DNA from: an uncultured Gammaproteobacteria bacterium
GTDB taxonomy: Bacteria; Patescibacteriota; Patescibacteriia; SG8-24
Assembly: GCA_964491475.1 (NCBI GenBank)
Contig: CAZBFO010000005.1
Coordinates: 841 to 64,840, forward strand
Direction: 5' to 3'
DNA: 64,000 nt
Below, piece after piece: positions 35,293-46,710 of the stretch. The notes beneath the pieces were generated by a model. That model was not told where the DNA came from. It searched no databases and saw only the letters and a program-made list of their open reading frames with translations. How positions within the stretch are numbered: the stretch's first letter is position 1; each line of letters starts with the position of its first letter. Made by a program: the position numbers and the translations under genes.

Positions 35293-35435
35293 GACGCGTG
35301 CCATCGTTGTTTGGCTGGGCGTCCTGCGGATGTGCGGTGGGCGCGAGGTTGGTTGATGTTTGTGGCTCGCACCGGGGCTAAATAAAAACGTGCCGCATGC
35401 TGCGGCCGTTTTTATTTAGTGCTCATTACTCCGGG

Positions 35436-35867
35436 TTAGACGGTTTGATGTTTTTGGATGAAGGCAGCGGTTGCTGCGATTGTTTCGGCGTGCAGGGATG
35501 GATCGCTTTCGGCCACCCAGACGGCGAAGTTGTAGAGGCGACGTGCGTCGATGGTCAGCCACTTACCGTTCAGTTCCAAAAAAACCAACAAGGCTGTCAC
35601 GGCGACGCGCTTGTTTCCGTTTTGAAAAGGGTGATTTTTGATGAGCAAATAAAAGAGGGCCGCAGCCTTGTCGGTAAGCGTGGGATAAAATTCCTTGCCG
35701 CCGAATGATTGCGAGATGGTTTGCAGGCACGATTCCAATTTTTCCGGATAGCGTGTTTTGAAGGGAGGGATTGGTTCGCCCCAAGCCAATAACTCTGCAG
35801 CAAGCGAATGCGCAACGAGTTCAACGTCCTCGATAGTCAGGAGGCGAGGCATACTACTCCTTCGCAA
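35436..35867 (-). CDS. Doc (death-on-curing) / Fic-family toxin
   Basis: Conserved Fic/Doc motif HPFQNGNKRVAVTA; about 140 aa; start overlaps/abuts the stop of the upstream HTH gene. Confidence 0.7.
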   Translation of the reverse strand: MRRSSMPRLLTIEDVELVAHSLAAELLAWGEPIPPFKTRYPEKLESCLQTISQSFGGKEFYPTLTDKAAALFYLLIKNHPFQNGNKRVAVTALLVFLELNGKWLTIDARRLYNFAVWVAESDPSLHAETIAATAAFIQKHQTV

Positions 35868-36105
35868 GAAGCTTCAGCGTTTCACCGTACTCCTGGACGA
35901 CTTTTTTCACGGCATCTTTGATTTCCGTTTTTTTGTCCTGCGGCACTTCTTTCATGCACTTGGCCAGCTCGGACAGAGGAATGACAAAAGTGCGCCCGAC
36001 TTTTTCGGCGCTGATTTTGCCTGATTTGATCCAGCGGCCAATGGTGATTCGCTCAACGCCACAGAGTTTGGCTGCCTCGTTGGCTGAATAAAACTGCTTT
36101 TCCAT
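35854..36105 (-). CDS. HTH (excisionase/MerR-like) antitoxin partner of Doc
   Basis: 83 aa, N-terminal HTH (ANEAAKLCGVERITIGRWIKSGKISAEKVGRTFVIP), translationally coupled to Doc. Confidence 0.6.
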   Translation of the reverse strand: MEKQFYSANEAAKLCGVERITIGRWIKSGKISAEKVGRTFVIPLSELAKCMKEVPQDKKTEIKDAVKKVVQEYGETLKLLAKE

Positions 36106-36115
36106 ATTTTTCGCC

Positions 36116-36164
36116 TGTTACAATATGTAACATTATCTATATAGATATGTTACAATATGTAACA
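36116..36164. promoter_or_regulatory. Two tandem 17-bp perfect palindromes (TGTTACAATATGTAACA) flanking a tatctatatagata palindrome: probable TA operator/promoter
   Basis: Copies at 36116-36132 and 36148-36164, 10-45 bp upstream of the antitoxin start codon. Confidence 0.65.
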
Positions 36165-36214
36165 TATCTTGTCAATAATAAGGCTGATGCTTGCATTTAC
36201 TTATGACCAAATTC

Positions 36215-36246
36215 AAAAAAGCCCTCGAATTTTCGAGGGCTTTTTG
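36215..36246. terminator. Bidirectional terminator (hppA 3' end)
   Basis: aaaaaagccctcgaa-ttttcgagggctttttg. Confidence 0.65.
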
Positions 36247-36260
36247 TCTCATTTCATCCC

Positions 36261-38306
<2,046 letters not shown>

Positions 38307-38409
38307 AGTCTGATCAGACTGCGGCTTGCATGAGCCGCATCCAAGTTAATAAATAAAAAAAGGGTTTTCCGACCACAAGAGGATAGGAAATTAAGGCTTT
38401 TTTGTCAAT

Positions 38410-38440
38410 AAAAAGACCCGACGGCAGTCGTCGGGTTCGC
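38410..38440 (-). terminator. Terminator of the HD-hydrolase gene
   Basis: gacccgacg-gcagt-cgtcgggtt, followed on the minus strand by ctttttattg. Confidence 0.55.
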
Positions 38441-38444
38441 AGCA

Positions 38445-39104
38445 TCAATCCTCTTCTTTGCCGGCCTCCAAATTGGCCAGCTGAACTTCGAGGTGCGTTA
38501 CCATGTAGTGGATCATGTCGCGAACGCGACGAGCTCCCTTCTTGTAGCGCTTGGGAACTTTTTTGACCATCTGGTCCACCAGCGGATAGTACTTGGACCT
38601 CGTTTCCAACAGCTGCTTCCGTTGGAATTCGGGAGGCGCACCGTCCAGGGTTCGTAAGTTGTCGAGCCGGTCGCAGGCCTTGAGGAGCAGCTCCCTCCAG
38701 CTGCCGAACCGCTTCAGATTACCGACGTAGTCCGGCTGGAAGCCGCCTTTTTGGGCCGGCAACTTGCTGACCATGTTGACGATGGCAGCGATTTTTTCGC
38801 CGAAATAGCACTCGATTCTCTCGATGGTCAAGAAGCGCGTGTCTTCTTTTCCGTCATGGAGAAAGGCGGCAATCACCAGTCGGACGTCGCGGCAATTGAC
38901 CTCGTCGATCAGGATGATGGCCACACGGCGCGGATGTTCGAAGTAGCGCACCGGCCCGCCGGTCGCTTCGTCCTTTTCGGACTTGCGCGTCTGGTACTTG
39001 TGCGAATGTTTCGCCAGCACGTAGGCCAGGTCGATCATCGCCAGGTCTTTCGGGGCGAACAGCGAGCGGACGCGTTCGTAGAACGATTCGTAATTTTCTC
39101 TCAA
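38445..39104 (-). CDS. HD-domain (p)ppGpp hydrolase-like protein (RelA/SpoT N-terminal hydrolase homologue, small alarmone hydrolase)
   Basis: HSHKYQTRKSEKDEATGGPVRYFEHPRRVAIILID....IAAFLHDGKEDT matches the SpoT HD hydrolase consensus (H..Q.RKSGEPY..HP..VA.IL....D...I.AALLHDV.EDT). Confidence 0.6.
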   Translation of the reverse strand: MRENYESFYERVRSLFAPKDLAMIDLAYVLAKHSHKYQTRKSEKDEATGGPVRYFEHPRRVAIILIDEVNCRDVRLVIAAFLHDGKEDTRFLTIERIECYFGEKIAAIVNMVSKLPAQKGGFQPDYVGNLKRFGSWRELLLKACDRLDNLRTLDGAPPEFQRKQLLETRSKYYPLVDQMVKKVPKRYKKGARRVRDMIHYMVTHLEVQLANLEAGKEED

Positions 39105-39363
39105 AGGTCATCTCCTCGTCGGATTTCCGACAGGCAAACCTATCACGTTCGTGCTCGCGAGTCAAAGCTGCCACCGGCCCACCTGTGACTAATATGATTG
39201 ACACTACCCCACCAGGTTGTTACCATTTTTTAGTACATCGAGGAAAGGAGGAGAGGTAAAATTTACGCTAAATCTAGCGTAGAAATGTCTCTAGCCTAAG
39301 AAAAGTAAGCCTTTTCGTATACCTCGAACCGCCAAAAAAATTGGCATCAAGCTCCTGCTGGGA

Positions 39364-40743
39364 GTGTTCAAAGGGTTAATGGGCCTCAAGAAGGTCTTAA
39401 CCCTTTTGCTGTTAATGGTGAAGAATCCGTTTTTTTGGCTCTGTAAAGCGATTCTTTATCCATTGGTTGGTTTCTTTTACTGGATCTACCGCATCATAAA
39501 GAAGCTCGTCCTCCGCCTTTCGGAGTTCATGCGAGACCGGGCCATGGGCCTGTTGGCTAACCGCTACGCGATTCACGCCATAGTCATCATCTTGGCCTTT
39601 GCCGTCACGACCACCAATCTGCATGCGCAAAGCGCCCCGTTGCAAGCCGACAATGCTGCTCCGCAGAGCATTCTCGGCACACTGACCCAGTCCGAAGAGG
39701 ACGCGATCGTTATCGAAGAGGCTGGCTCCCAGAATGTGAATTCCTCCGAAGGCGTTGCCTATTTGGGTAGCCAGGCCTTGAGTTCGCACGACTCCGCGGC
39801 CCAGGCCGACCAAAGCGGAACCGACGCCTCGTCGTCAGGGTCGGCCGACGAAGAAGCCTACGTCGACGACGCCAGCGAACTCGAACTGGTCTCGCCCACG
39901 GCCAACGCCGTCCGCGTTCAGCCCGAAATCAACGGCGGTGAAACCCCTTCGACTCGCAGCAAGATTGAAACCTACGTGGTGGAAGACGGCGACTCGCTGG
40001 GTTCCATCGCCCGCAAGTTCGGACTTCGGACCGAAACCATCCTCGCATCCAACGGCCTTAGCGCTCGCAGCGTGATTCACCCCGGCGAGACGCTCAAGAT
40101 CACTCCGGTCGACGGCATCATTTACAAGGTAAAATCGGGCGACACGGTCAACGGCATCGCCAAGGCTTTCGACAGCGACGGCGACAAGATCATCGACATG
40201 AACGGTCTCGCCTCCGGAGCGGCGCTTTCTGCCGGTCAGGAACTCATCCTGCCGGACGGCAAGCTGCCGGCACCTCCGCCGCCCAAGCGCCCGTCGCGCA
40301 TTGCCACCAACATCAAGAACATCTTCGTCGCGCCCCCTCCGTCGCCTGATCGAGACTCCGGCGACGACATGGTCTGGCCGACCGCCGTCCGCCGCATCAC
40401 CCAGTACTTCGGACACTATCGCGGCGGCACGCGCCACACCGGCGTGGACATTGCCGGACCGACTGGCACGCCCATCTACGCGGCCGAGGACGGCGTGGTC
40501 GCCATCTCCAGCTGGAACACCGGCGGCTACGGCAACATGGTACTCATCAATCACGGTCACGGCGTCTTCACCCGCTACGGCCACGCCTCCAAGCTGATCG
40601 TCCAGGCCGGTGACACGGTCAAGAAGGGCGACGTCATCGCGCTTATGGGAACCACCGGCCACTCTACCGGCCCGCACCTGCACTTCGAAGTCATGACCGG
40701 CGACCCGCACCATCGCGTGAATCCGCTCGATTACGTCAGGTAA
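39364..40743 (+). CDS. Membrane-anchored M23 peptidase with two LysM domains
   Basis: LysM (YVVEDGDSLGSIARKFG.., YKVKSGDTVNGIAKAF..) and M23 (HTGVDIAGPTGTPIYAAEDG...GHSTGPHLHFEV). Confidence 0.8.
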   Translation: MFKGLMGLKKVLTLLLLMVKNPFFWLCKAILYPLVGFFYWIYRIIKKLVLRLSEFMRDRAMGLLANRYAIHAIVIILAFAVTTTNLHAQSAPLQADNAAPQSILGTLTQSEEDAIVIEEAGSQNVNSSEGVAYLGSQALSSHDSAAQADQSGTDASSSGSADEEAYVDDASELELVSPTANAVRVQPEINGGETPSTRSKIETYVVEDGDSLGSIARKFGLRTETILASNGLSARSVIHPGETLKITPVDGIIYKVKSGDTVNGIAKAFDSDGDKIIDMNGLASGAALSAGQELILPDGKLPAPPPPKRPSRIATNIKNIFVAPPPSPDRDSGDDMVWPTAVRRITQYFGHYRGGTRHTGVDIAGPTGTPIYAAEDGVVAISSWNTGGYGNMVLINHGHGVFTRYGHASKLIVQAGDTVKKGDVIALMGTTGHSTGPHLHFEVMTGDPHHRVNPLDYVR

Positions 40744-40807
40744 ACCAAGAAAGATGGGGTCTCGCGGCCTCATTTTTCGTATAAAAAACCGCCCACGAGG
40801 GACGGAA

Positions 40808-41230
40808 TCACTGCTGGAAGTCGCTCGGCAAAAGGAACTTTCCTTTGGCGAGGGACCAGCGCAGAATCATCGCGGCAGCGGCCGCCGCGAAGGCAAGCTT
40901 GAAAGGCGTCGGGATGAGGAAGTAGGTTCCGAGCTGCAGCAGAATCAGCAGGCTGACCGAACGAAGCGAAAGGGCGGCGAGCTCCTCGTGCCCCTCCGTG
41001 TCGCGCATCATGTACGCGCAACAGACCGTCGTCAGATTGGCAGAAACGCTGCCGAACAGAAGTATCAGCCCGATGACGCGCAGCACTTCTTGAGCCGAGT
41101 GCAGCGACATCGGCAGGCGCACCTCCGCTGCCCAGCTGACCGTGCTGATCAGCAGGAGTTGTCCGAACAGGTTGATGGACAGCGTCTTCACGAAGCTGTC
41201 GTGCATCCCCTCGGGATCGGTGTTGGGATT
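40808..41230 (-). CDS. Small hypothetical membrane protein (3-4 TM)
   Basis: Only the C-terminal about 140 aa of ORF 40808..41737 (from MNPNTDPEGMHDSFVKT..) look protein-like. The N-terminal Arg-rich extension is discounted as GC shadow. Confidence 0.35.
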   Translation of the reverse strand, partial: NPNTDPEGMHDSFVKTLSINLFGQLLLISTVSWAAEVRLPMSLHSAQEVLRVIGLILLFGSVSANLTTVCCAYMMRDTEGHEELAALSLRSVSLLILLQLGTYFLIPTPFKLAFAAAAAAMILRWSLAKGKFLLPSDFQQ

Positions 41231-41301
41231 CATCGGTGCCTCCAGGCACGTGAAAGGACTTTGTCGCATCCTTGCACGGAGGCTCGTTCTCGGCAAGGAG
41301 G

Positions 41302-42819
41302 CTAGCCGCCGCGTCGTTCCCGGTAATGAACGGCCTCGGCGACGTGCGGTGCGAGGATGCGGTCCTGCCCGTCGAGATCGGCGATGGTACGGGCTAGCTT
41401 GATGATACGGACGGCTGCCCTCGCTGACAGCTTGAGCCGCTGGGCCGCAGCGACCAGCAGCGCGTCCGCATCGGACGGAAGAGGGCACAACTTTTTGATG
41501 ATGGCATGGGTCATCTCTGCATTGGTGAAGATGCCGTGCGCCTTCAGTCGGGCGTGTTGCCGGTTGCGGGCAGACTGCACGCGCATGCGTATTGCCGCGC
41601 TCGGCTCCTCGCTCGTGCCGGCAAGCAGCCGCCCAACGTCCACTTTGGGTACCTCGACGTGCAGGTCGATACGGTCCAAGAGCGGACCGGATATCCTGCG
41701 GCCGTATTTGGCGACCTGCGCCGGGTTGCAGCTGCACAGCTGGTCAGGATCGGTGGCAAAACCGCAAGGGCAGGGATTTTGTGCCGCCACCAGCATGAAC
41801 TTTGCCGGCAACCGTACTGTTCCGCTGGCGCGCGAAATGGTCACAAACCCGTCTTCCAGCGGCTGCCGCAGGTTTTCCAGCGCCGAGCGGGGGAATTCCG
41901 GGAATTCGTCCAGAAAAAGCACGCCGCGGTGGGCCAGCGTGACCTCTCCGGGCTTTGGGTGCGGCCCGCCGCCGATGAGAGCGACGCCGGAAGCGGTGTG
42001 ATGCGGTGAGCGGAAGGGTCGGGAGGTGATGACGGTTCCGGCCCTGACCAGCCCGACCACGCTGGCGATTTTCGTCACCTCAAGAATCTCTTCCCTGGTC
42101 ATCGCCGGCAATATCGACGGAAGGGCGCGGGTCAGTATGGTCTTGCCGGAGCCTGGCGGGCCGGACAGCAGCACGTTGTGCCCTCCCGCCGCCGCGATTT
42201 CCAGGGCGCGCTTGGCATGCCGCTGCCCGACCACTGACGCAAAATCGGTTCCGGTCAGCGCGGGAGCGCATTCCGGCAGATGGCGGGGTTCCTTCGGAGT
42301 GATCGCTTCCGTGCGCGTGAGGTGGGCGATGAGCTGCGATAACGAACGTATCGCGAACACTCGGATACCCGGAGCGAGGGCGGCCTCGTCGGCGTTTTCC
42401 TGCGGCACATACAGCTCTTCTGTGCCGCATTGCGAGGCCAGCAGGGCGATGGCCAGCACGCCGGCAACGGGTCGCACGCCGCCGTCCAGTGCCAGCTCTC
42501 CCACGAACATCCGATGAGGATTTTTTCCGCACGGCACGGCAGAGCTTGCTTCTAGAATCGCCACGGCAATCGGCAGATCGTACGACGGCCCCTCTTTTCT
42601 GATGTCGGCCGGCGCCAAGTTCACCGTGATGCGCGTGCGCGGAAAGGGGAGTCCGCTATTTTTGAGCGCGGTCTTGATGCGCTCTTTCGACTCCTGCACT
42701 GACGCATCGGGCAGTCCGACGATGACGAAGTTCGGGAGGCCTTGGGCGATGTCGGCTTCCACTTCGACGGGAGCGGCATCGATGCCGACGAGTGCGGCTG
42801 ATTGAACGGTTGCTGGCAT
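41302..42819 (-). CDS. comM: Mg-chelatase-like AAA+ ATPase ComM/YifB
   Basis: True start MPATVQSAALVGIDAAP.. (about 42819); N-terminal Lon-like domain, Walker A GPPGSGKT, C-terminal Mg-chelatase domain. Confidence 0.8.
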   Translation of the reverse strand: MPATVQSAALVGIDAAPVEVEADIAQGLPNFVIVGLPDASVQESKERIKTALKNSGLPFPRTRITVNLAPADIRKEGPSYDLPIAVAILEASSAVPCGKNPHRMFVGELALDGGVRPVAGVLAIALLASQCGTEELYVPQENADEAALAPGIRVFAIRSLSQLIAHLTRTEAITPKEPRHLPECAPALTGTDFASVVGQRHAKRALEIAAAGGHNVLLSGPPGSGKTILTRALPSILPAMTREEILEVTKIASVVGLVRAGTVITSRPFRSPHHTASGVALIGGGPHPKPGEVTLAHRGVLFLDEFPEFPRSALENLRQPLEDGFVTISRASGTVRLPAKFMLVAAQNPCPCGFATDPDQLCSCNPAQVAKYGRRISGPLLDRIDLHVEVPKVDVGRLLAGTSEEPSAAIRMRVQSARNRQHARLKAHGIFTNAEMTHAIIKKLCPLPSDADALLVAAAQRLKLSARAAVRIIKLARTIADLDGQDRILAPHVAEAVHYRERRGG

Positions 42820-42917
42820 ATCAGGATTATCAGGAGTGAACTCGGCGCGTCTTGTAGCAAGGCGCAAAAAAGAGCGCAAGTCATGCCGAAATGTTTTGAC
42901 CCGTCGCGCTTGCCTAT

Positions 42918-42931
42918 TGTACGAACGTACA
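42918..42931. promoter_or_regulatory. Candidate LexA operator TGTACGAACGTACA (TGTAC-N4-GTACA)
   Basis: Imperfect 14-bp palindrome 16 bp upstream of the lexA ATG, in the comM-lexA divergent region. It is similar to the cyanobacterial/verrucomicrobial-type LexA boxes. Confidence 0.45.
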
Positions 42932-42946
42932 GTAAGCTGTGGACGT

Positions 42947-43528
42947 ATGCCCACCTCTACCAAAACGGCCGACCATCTCGCCAAGCTCAAGCGGTTTTAT
43001 GCCGACAATAGGCGCCTTCCCAGCTACGGCGAGCTGGCCGCGCTGCTTAAGTTCAAGTCCAAGAACGCGGCGCAATACGTCGTGGCCAAATGGATCGAGG
43101 TCGGCGTCGTGGCCAAAGACGCGGCGGGCAAGCTGGTTCCTGGTCGGGCATTTCGTCCGCTGCGGATGCTCGGCACCGTCGCGGCCGGCTGGCCTTCGCC
43201 GGCAGAAGAAGAGAACGTCGATACCATCTCCCTCGACGACTGGCTCATCGGCAACCGCGAAGCCAGCTTCATGCTCACGGTCACCGGAGACTCGATGATC
43301 GATGCCGGCATCCACGCCGGCGACATGGTCATTTTGGAACGCGGCCGCACGCCCAAGAACGGCGACGTCGTGGTGGCAGAGGTCGATCGCGAATGGACCA
43401 TCAAGTATTTTGAGCGCCGCAGCGGCAAGATTGCGCTGCTGCCGGCAAACAAGGCCTTCAAGCCGATCGAGGCCGAAGAAGAATTGAAAATCGCGGGCGT
43501 CGTAACCGCCGTGATTCGCAAATATTAA
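42947..43528 (+). CDS. lexA: LexA repressor (S24 peptidase)
   Basis: True start MPTSTKTADHLAKLKRFY..; N-terminal winged HTH; C-terminal S24 motifs (VTGDSMIDAGIHAGDMVILE, K in the KYF region). Confidence 0.85.
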   Translation: MPTSTKTADHLAKLKRFYADNRRLPSYGELAALLKFKSKNAAQYVVAKWIEVGVVAKDAAGKLVPGRAFRPLRMLGTVAAGWPSPAEEENVDTISLDDWLIGNREASFMLTVTGDSMIDAGIHAGDMVILERGRTPKNGDVVVAEVDREWTIKYFERRSGKIALLPANKAFKPIEAEEELKIAGVVTAVIRKY

Positions 43529-43550
43529 AAAACCGCCAAAGCCTTGGCGG

Positions 43551-43817
43551 TCAGATTTCGATGACGTCGATGTTTGCCCCGGCGGGTGACCGTTCGCGCA
43601 GATAGGTCACCAAGACGGCGTTTGATGCGAAATGGGTCCGGTCAAAAATGAGCCAGAGGTACACGTCGTTGCCGCCGTCGGTTTTACGCATTCCGAGCGG
43701 GATCACGCCGGAGTCACGCGCTTCGCGGACGATGGCGATCAATCGATTCCGGGCGCGCGGTTCGGCGGCCTGCACCTGTTTGTACATCCGCGTCACCAAC
43801 GAAATGAGTTTTACCAT
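43551..43817 (-). CDS. Hypothetical small protein (88 aa) encoded antisense between lexA and dinB
   Basis: MVKLISLVTRMYKQVQAAEPRARNRLIAIVREARDSGVIPLGMRKTDGGNDVYLWLIFDRTHF.. has normal composition (not Arg-rich shadow) but no recognisable family. Confidence 0.3.
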   Translation of the reverse strand: MVKLISLVTRMYKQVQAAEPRARNRLIAIVREARDSGVIPLGMRKTDGGNDVYLWLIFDRTHFASNAVLVTYLRERSPAGANIDVIEI

Positions 43818-43900
43818 TTTTCCTCCCGCGTCGGGCAGAACGCCGTTTGGCGCGAGGACTTAACCATATCGGCCTGATTTAGCCAAGGTTCCCTCCCGTT

Positions 43901-45217
43901 ATGCCGCACGGCACCCGTCTCATTCGTCCTTGGCCGCGAGCCATCATGCACGTCGACGGCGACGCGTTCTTTGCGTCCTGCGAACAGGCGGTCCACCCGG
44001 AATACCGCGGAAAGCCCGTGATTACCGGCAAGGAAAGAGGCATCGTCTCGGCGGCCAGCTATGAGGCCAAAGCTCTCGGCATTTCCAGGGCCATGTCCTT
44101 GGCCGAGGTGAAAAAAGTCTGTCCGGACGCCATTATCGTGCCTTCCGATTACGAAACCTACAGCCTGTTCTCCAAGCGGATGTTCGAAGTGATTCGCCGC
44201 TATACCAATTTGGTCGAGGAATATTCCATCGACGAGGCCTTTGCCGATATCACCGGCATGCGTCGTCCGCTCAACGGCTCCTACCAGGACATCGCCCTCC
44301 GCGTCAAGAACGAGGTTCAGCGCGAGCTCGGCATCACCGTTTCGGTCGGCTTGAGCGTGACCAAGTCGCTCGCAAAGATCGGCTCGAAGCACAAGAAGCC
44401 GGACGGCTTCACGGTCATTTCAGGACACGACATCGACCAGTATCTGCGCGGCCTGCCCGTCGGAAAAATCTGGGGCATCGGCGCGCGCACCGCCGCGTAC
44501 TGTTCCCAATACCGCATCGAGACCGCCTTGGACTTCGTGCGTCAAACCGAGGGGCAGGTGATGGAACGCTTCACCAAGCCGCATCAGGAAATGTGGCACG
44601 AGCTCAACGGCAGGTCGTTGTGGCCTGTCAGCCACGAGGAGGCGCCGCCGGCATACAGCATCGGCAAAACCCGCACCTTCACGCCGCCGTCCCGCAACAA
44701 GGACTTCGTTTTCGCGCAGCTGCTCAAGAACGTGGAGAACGCCTGCATCAAGGCGCGCCGCCACAAGCTCTTGGCCAAGAGCATGGTCATCTACCTCAAG
44801 ACTCAGGAGTTCCGTTACTCCGCCACCGAGGCCACCTTCACGCGCGCGACAGCCTATCCTACCGACGTCATCGGCGTCGTTCGAAAGTGCTTCGACGAGC
44901 TCTACGTTCCCAGGACCGAATATCGCGCCACCGGCATCACCCTTTTGGAGCTCACCTCTGCCGGCAGCATGCAGATGGACCTGTTCGAGCCGCCCCTGAA
45001 AGTCGAGAAACTCCAACGTTTATATGGCGCCGTCGATGAGTTGGCCAAGCGCTGGGGCAAACACGCCGTGCACCTCGCTGGCAGCGCCGCGGCGCACGAT
45101 GCGCGCCAGCATGCAGCCGAGCGCGGCGATTTGCCGATACGAAAACTCACCCGCGTGAAAGGTGAGTCCGAGCGCAAACACCTTACGATTCCGTTTTTGC
45201 TGCAACCGAAGGGGTGA
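43901..45217 (+). CDS. dinB: Y-family DNA polymerase IV (DinB)
   Basis: MHVDGDAFFASCEQ...ITGKERGIVSAASYEAKALGI..EYSIDEAFADITG matches Y-family palm motifs. The start may be the internal M at about 43946. Confidence 0.8.
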   Translation: MPHGTRLIRPWPRAIMHVDGDAFFASCEQAVHPEYRGKPVITGKERGIVSAASYEAKALGISRAMSLAEVKKVCPDAIIVPSDYETYSLFSKRMFEVIRRYTNLVEEYSIDEAFADITGMRRPLNGSYQDIALRVKNEVQRELGITVSVGLSVTKSLAKIGSKHKKPDGFTVISGHDIDQYLRGLPVGKIWGIGARTAAYCSQYRIETALDFVRQTEGQVMERFTKPHQEMWHELNGRSLWPVSHEEAPPAYSIGKTRTFTPPSRNKDFVFAQLLKNVENACIKARRHKLLAKSMVIYLKTQEFRYSATEATFTRATAYPTDVIGVVRKCFDELYVPRTEYRATGITLLELTSAGSMQMDLFEPPLKVEKLQRLYGAVDELAKRWGKHAVHLAGSAAAHDARQHAAERGDLPIRKLTRVKGESERKHLTIPFLLQPKG

Positions 45218-45662
45218 TCGCGCTCCCTGTTTTTCCGAACGAGAGTAACAGCAGCCCCAGGACGATCATGCCGTCGGCGATGTTGACGGCAGAGCGGTTG
45301 AAGAAAATCAGGTAGTCGGCGGTGGCGCCGATGGTCGCGCGGTCGATGAGGTTGGAAAGCGCGCCGAGCAGTACCATCCAGTACAAGCCCGCACGCATCA
45401 CGTCCTTGCGAAAGGACTTGGCGAACAAGACGGCCAAGATGACGAAGATCACCGCGGCCGCAGGCCAAAAAATTTCCGCCGCCAGAGGGATGCTGAAAGC
45501 GATGCCCTTGTTCTTGAACTCCCAAAAGGAAACCGCCGCATCCCTGAAGTACATGTGCCCCCGCTGGGACCAGAACTTGCAAAAGCGGTCAGCGGCAAAA
45601 AGCAGCGTACCCGCGATGAACCAGACGTTATTGAGCAGGGGGTATTTTTTGAGCAACGTCAT
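45183..45662 (-). CDS. lspA: Lipoprotein signal peptidase II
   Basis: True start MTLLKKYPLLNNVWFIAGTLLF..; 4 TM; conserved NxGxxF and DYLIFFNRSAVNIAD region. Confidence 0.75.
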   Translation of the reverse strand: MTLLKKYPLLNNVWFIAGTLLFAADRFCKFWSQRGHMYFRDAAVSFWEFKNKGIAFSIPLAAEIFWPAAAVIFVILAVLFAKSFRKDVMRAGLYWMVLLGALSNLIDRATIGATADYLIFFNRSAVNIADGMIVLGLLLLSFGKTGSAITPSVAAKTES

Positions 45663-45679
45663 GGGTGTCTCTATCAAAA

Positions 45680-45703
45680 TGCCGACCGTGTGTCCGGTCG
45701 GCA
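45680..45703 (-). terminator. Terminator of the dksA-like gene
   Basis: gccgaccg-tgtgtc-cggtcggc hairpin. Confidence 0.5.
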
Positions 45704-45723
45704 CTTCGGTCGGTAAAAGTCCT

Positions 45724-46119
45724 TTAGAACTCCTGGGTGAAAGATTTCTTGCACTCGATACAGGAGCTGGACGCGGGACGGGCGCGGAGGCGCTTCTCGT
45801 CGATTTCCTTGTTGCAGTACTTGCAGATGCCGTAGGTGCCCTTTTTGATGCGCTCAAGCGCCTTCTCGACGTCGCGCAGGGAAGCTTCGATGGTGCGCTC
45901 CAAGGTCAGGTTGGTGCTGAACATGTTCACTTCCTCGGCATTCTCGTCTTCCTTGTCGCCCATGTTGGGGAACTCCACGTCATAACCTTCGCTGTTCTTG
46001 GGGTTCTGTTTGGCAAACTCGGCCAGCTCGCCGCGGAGCTTGGTCTCTTCCTTGGTAAGCAGCGTCTCAACTTCGGCGAGAAAATCTTTCTTCATAAAAA
46101 TGTGACCACAGAGGGTCAT
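45724..46119 (-). CDS. DksA/TraR-family C4 zinc-finger protein
   Basis: Coiled-coil N-terminus and C-terminal CKYCNKEI....CIECK zinc finger. The start is probably MKKDFLAE (46095). Confidence 0.65.
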   Translation of the reverse strand: MTLCGHIFMKKDFLAEVETLLTKEETKLRGELAEFAKQNPKNSEGYDVEFPNMGDKEDENAEEVNMFSTNLTLERTIEASLRDVEKALERIKKGTYGICKYCNKEIDEKRLRARPASSSCIECKKSFTQEF

Positions 46120-46227
46120 TGTTTACGGCCTCTGGAGTAGCCCTTGATCATTAGACGGGCGCATGGAGACTCCGGAGGAATGTGCCCACAGTATACGATA
46201 CCCACGCTAAAAGGCAAATATTAAGCG

Positions 46228-46256
46228 AAAAACCGCCATTTGGCGGCTTTTTTGGG
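46228..46256. terminator. Bidirectional hairpin terminator
   Basis: gaaaaaccgccatttggcggcttttttg. Confidence 0.6.
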
Positions 46257-46710
46257 AAAAAGAAAATCGGCTCCAGAAGTTTTTGGCCGATGAAAGAATT
46301 CATGCCTCACTGGAGCCGATAAAGGCCCCTGATATCTACCCGTTAACGGGTGTAATGCCGACATTCCTCAAGCAAGGAGTGTCCGTTATACACCCGAACG
46401 CGTAAGCGTATGCAGGGGTGAAAGAACAAAGCCTTCTCTACCATTCCCCGGTAGAGCCCCCTACCCCGAAGGGCAAAATGGAGGATACCGAATGCCTTTT
46501 TGAATTTTTGTTTTTGGTATTCAAGGTGGGCACAAGGATTAGTAAAGAAGAAGGAATCGGTCCCGACGGGGTGTGCGTCAGAAGCGCTTCCTTTACCGCG
46601 TGATTGTCAAAGGTCCTTACCCTCGATGAACATAGTATACCAGTTTTAAGGAGGAGGGTCAATCCGCCCATATAGACAAAATACAGCTAAATAAAGCGGT
46701 ATTTTGTGGC

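Noticed and set aside
40808-41737. Full-length 309-aa ORF 40808..41737 and opposite-strand ORF 40754..41305
   Set aside because: N-terminal two-thirds are Arg/Pro/Gly-rich shadow. Only the C-terminal hydrophobic about 140 aa were kept as a low-confidence membrane protein.
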